Assembly: GCF_051155795.1 (NCBI RefSeq)
Contig: NZ_DAXETW010000086.1
Span: 43,759 to 107,758, forward strand
Direction of reading: 5' to 3'
Origin: Longibacter sp.
GTDB lineage: Bacteria; Bacteroidota; Rhodothermia; Rhodothermales; Salinibacteraceae
Length of the DNA: 64,000 nt
Position numbers and translations under genes: made by a program. Position 1 is the first letter of the stretch. Every line of letters starts with the position of its first letter. The notes below the pieces were generated by a model. It saw nothing but the letters and a program-made list of their open reading frames with translations. It did not search any database and had not been told where the DNA came from. This document shows positions 62,243 through 64,000 of this stretch, in pieces.

Positions 62243-64000
62243 ATGTCGCGCACTAATCGCAGCCAGGACATGTCCGAAGCCAACAAGCGTTGTCCCTATT
62301 GCCACGAAGAGATTCTCGCGGCAGCCCGCAAATGCAAGCATTGCGGGGAGTGGCTTGAAGACCCGCCGACGACATCTGCGGGCACGGGGAGCTTTTCCAA
62401 CCCCGAGACTATCGTTCGCGACGCGATGGCGTCGCAGTATGAGATTGAAAAAGAGCTCGGCCGCGGCGGGATGGCGATCGTCTACAAGGCCGTGCAGTCA
62501 AGTCTCGGTCGGCCTGTCGCTCTGAAGGTGCTCCCCCAGGGCCTCACCCACGACCAGAAGCTTCTCAAGCGATTTCACCGGGAAGCGCGGTCGGCTGCCA
62601 TGCTGAATCACCCGCACATCGTCACCATCTTCGACGAGGGTGAGATGAACGGCGTGCATTACATGGCGATGGAGTATCTGACCGGTCGCGATCTGCACGA
62701 GATCATTCAGGAGGGCGGCCCCCTCCCCCCGGAGGAAGCCGTCGCCCTCATTGCCCCGGTTGCGGAAGCGCTCGGTTATGCCCACACGCGGGACACCGTC
62801 CACCGGGACGTGAAAAGCTCGAACGTGATGGTCACGGACGTCGGCCGGCCGGTCCTGATGGACTTCGGCATTGCCTACGCATCCAGCGAGTCGCGCCTCA
62901 CGCAGACTGGCACCGTCCTGGGCACGCCGGAATACATGAGCCCGGAGCAGGCTCGCGGCAACGACGTCGATCCCCGAAGCGACCTCTACAGTCTGGGTGT
63001 CGTACTCTACGAGTCGGTCACCGGTACCCTGCCCCACACCGGCGGTCACCCCATGAGCGTCGTCTACAAAGTGTTGCACGAGTCCTACACCCCGCCGAGC
63101 CGCCACAACCCCCAGTGCCCGGACTGGCTCGAGATGATCATCGCCAAGCTCCTGATGAAGGACGCGGATGATCGCTACCAGACGGGACAGGATCTCGCCG
63201 ATGCCCTCAACTCGAAGGATCCAGGGGAAGAGGTCGAAGTCCCCCAGGGCGGCGGCGCGGCATCTGGCGGTGGACCCAACGGCGACGGCGGTGGCAACGG
63301 CGTGCCGACGAACGCACCCGAAACGCAGGTTTACCGCCCGGGCGACGAGGGCATGGAGCCGGCCTCAGCGGCGTCAACAGAAACGGCCACAGCCGAAGCC
63401 TCGGACCCGGCGCCCGCACGCACGCAAGATGGTCAGCCGCAGCGACAGCGCCTCCACATCGTCCGATCGCTCGACGGAAACGCCGACTGGGTCAACGCCG
63501 TCGCGTTCTCGCCTGACGGTCAGTACGCCCTGTCTGGCGCCGAGGACAACACCGTGAAGCTCTGGGAGGTTGTCACAGGCCGTCAAATTCAAACGTTTAC
63601 CGGTCTAGACAGTCAGCCGATCTCCGTCGCCCTTTCTCCAGACGGAAATCACCTCGTATCGGAAAGCTCGAACGGTCATGTCCGCCTCTGGAACGTGGAG
63701 ACGGGCCAGGCGGTGCGCACCTTCGAACGCCGCTCGGAGGCGGTCCTCGCCTCTACGTTTTCTCCTAACGGAAAGTACGTCCTGTCGGGCTGTGGACAGG
63801 CCGGCACGCTCCGCATGTGGGAAACCGAGACGGGCAACGTCGTGCGGACCTTCGATAACAACCCGGAAGCGATCTTCTCGCTCGCCTTCTCTCCGGACGG
63901 CAAGTACGTTCTGACGGGTAGCGGACAGTCGGGTACGCTGAAGCTATGGGACGTCGAGTCCGGCTCGGTCGTTCGCACCTTCGACGAAGGCGACTGGGAC
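62243..64000 (+). CDS. Zinc-ribbon - Hanks-type Ser/Thr kinase - WD40 repeat protein; runs off the window
   Basis: Absent from the ORF track because it has no stop in the window. Manual translation: CPYC..CKHC, LGRGGMAIVY, VALK, HRDVKSSN, DFG, GTPEYMSPE, then WD40 units (VAFSPDGQYALSGAEDNTVKLW...). Alternative start at 62270. Confidence 0.93.
   Translation, partial: MSRTNRSQDMSEANKRCPYCHEEILAAARKCKHCGEWLEDPPTTSAGTGSFSNPETIVRDAMASQYEIEKELGRGGMAIVYKAVQSSLGRPVALKVLPQGLTHDQKLLKRFHREARSAAMLNHPHIVTIFDEGEMNGVHYMAMEYLTGRDLHEIIQEGGPLPPEEAVALIAPVAEALGYAHTRDTVHRDVKSSNVMVTDVGRPVLMDFGIAYASSESRLTQTGTVLGTPEYMSPEQARGNDVDPRSDLYSLGVVLYESVTGTLPHTGGHPMSVVYKVLHESYTPPSRHNPQCPDWLEMIIAKLLMKDADDRYQTGQDLADALNSKDPGEEVEVPQGGGAASGGGPNGDGGGNGVPTNAPETQVYRPGDEGMEPASAASTETATAEASDPAPARTQDGQPQRQRLHIVRSLDGNADWVNAVAFSPDGQYALSGAEDNTVKLWEVVTGRQIQTFTGLDSQPISVALSPDGNHLVSESSNGHVRLWNVETGQAVRTFERRSEAVLASTFSPNGKYVLSGCGQAGTLRMWETETGNVVRTFDNNPEAIFSLAFSPDGKYVLTGSGQSGTLKLWDVESGSVVRTFDEGDWD

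Noticed and set aside
62100-63978. Short ORFs listed at the right edge
   Set aside because: Off-frame or antisense to the open-ended Ser/Thr kinase-WD40 gene.

Overview
GC-rich bacterial chromosomal segment. Gene content (PorV, PID-CTERM-like protein, M56-TonB) and very acidic proteins suggest a halophilic member of Rhodothermota, probably Salinibacter/Longibacter-like; this is an inference. The window has about 50 CDSs and no rRNA, tRNA, CRISPR array or transposase that I can support. Left to right: (1) a fatty-acid beta-oxidation cluster (fadE, thiolase, 3-hydroxyacyl-CoA dehydrogenase/hydratase, acyl-CoA ligase) with a TetR regulator and a shared TTAAC-N3-GTTAA operator; (2) PorV next to a PID-CTERM-like protein; (3) housekeeping genes (nadA, LolD-like ATPase, sigma-54 response regulator, gap, pgk, ABC exporter); (4) an amidinotransferase/glycosyltransferase pair and a BlaI/M56-TonB pair with a clear promoter-operator; (5) the glyoxylate shunt (aceB-aceA) with a divergent ScfR/RamB-type regulator; (6) an orphan S24/cI-like repressor; (7) groES-groEL; (8) a PP2C/secreted protein/membrane FHA/Ser-Thr kinase-WD40 signalling cluster running off the right edge. 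The strongest candidate for an uncharacterised system is the co-oriented triad at 46395-52648: an Omp85-family barrel, a lipoprotein with atypical (PI3K/HipA-like) kinase motifs, and an NTT/TLC nucleotide translocase fused to HEAT repeats. It may supply ATP to an extracytoplasmic kinase. All family assignments were made by eye from motifs; no database searches were run.
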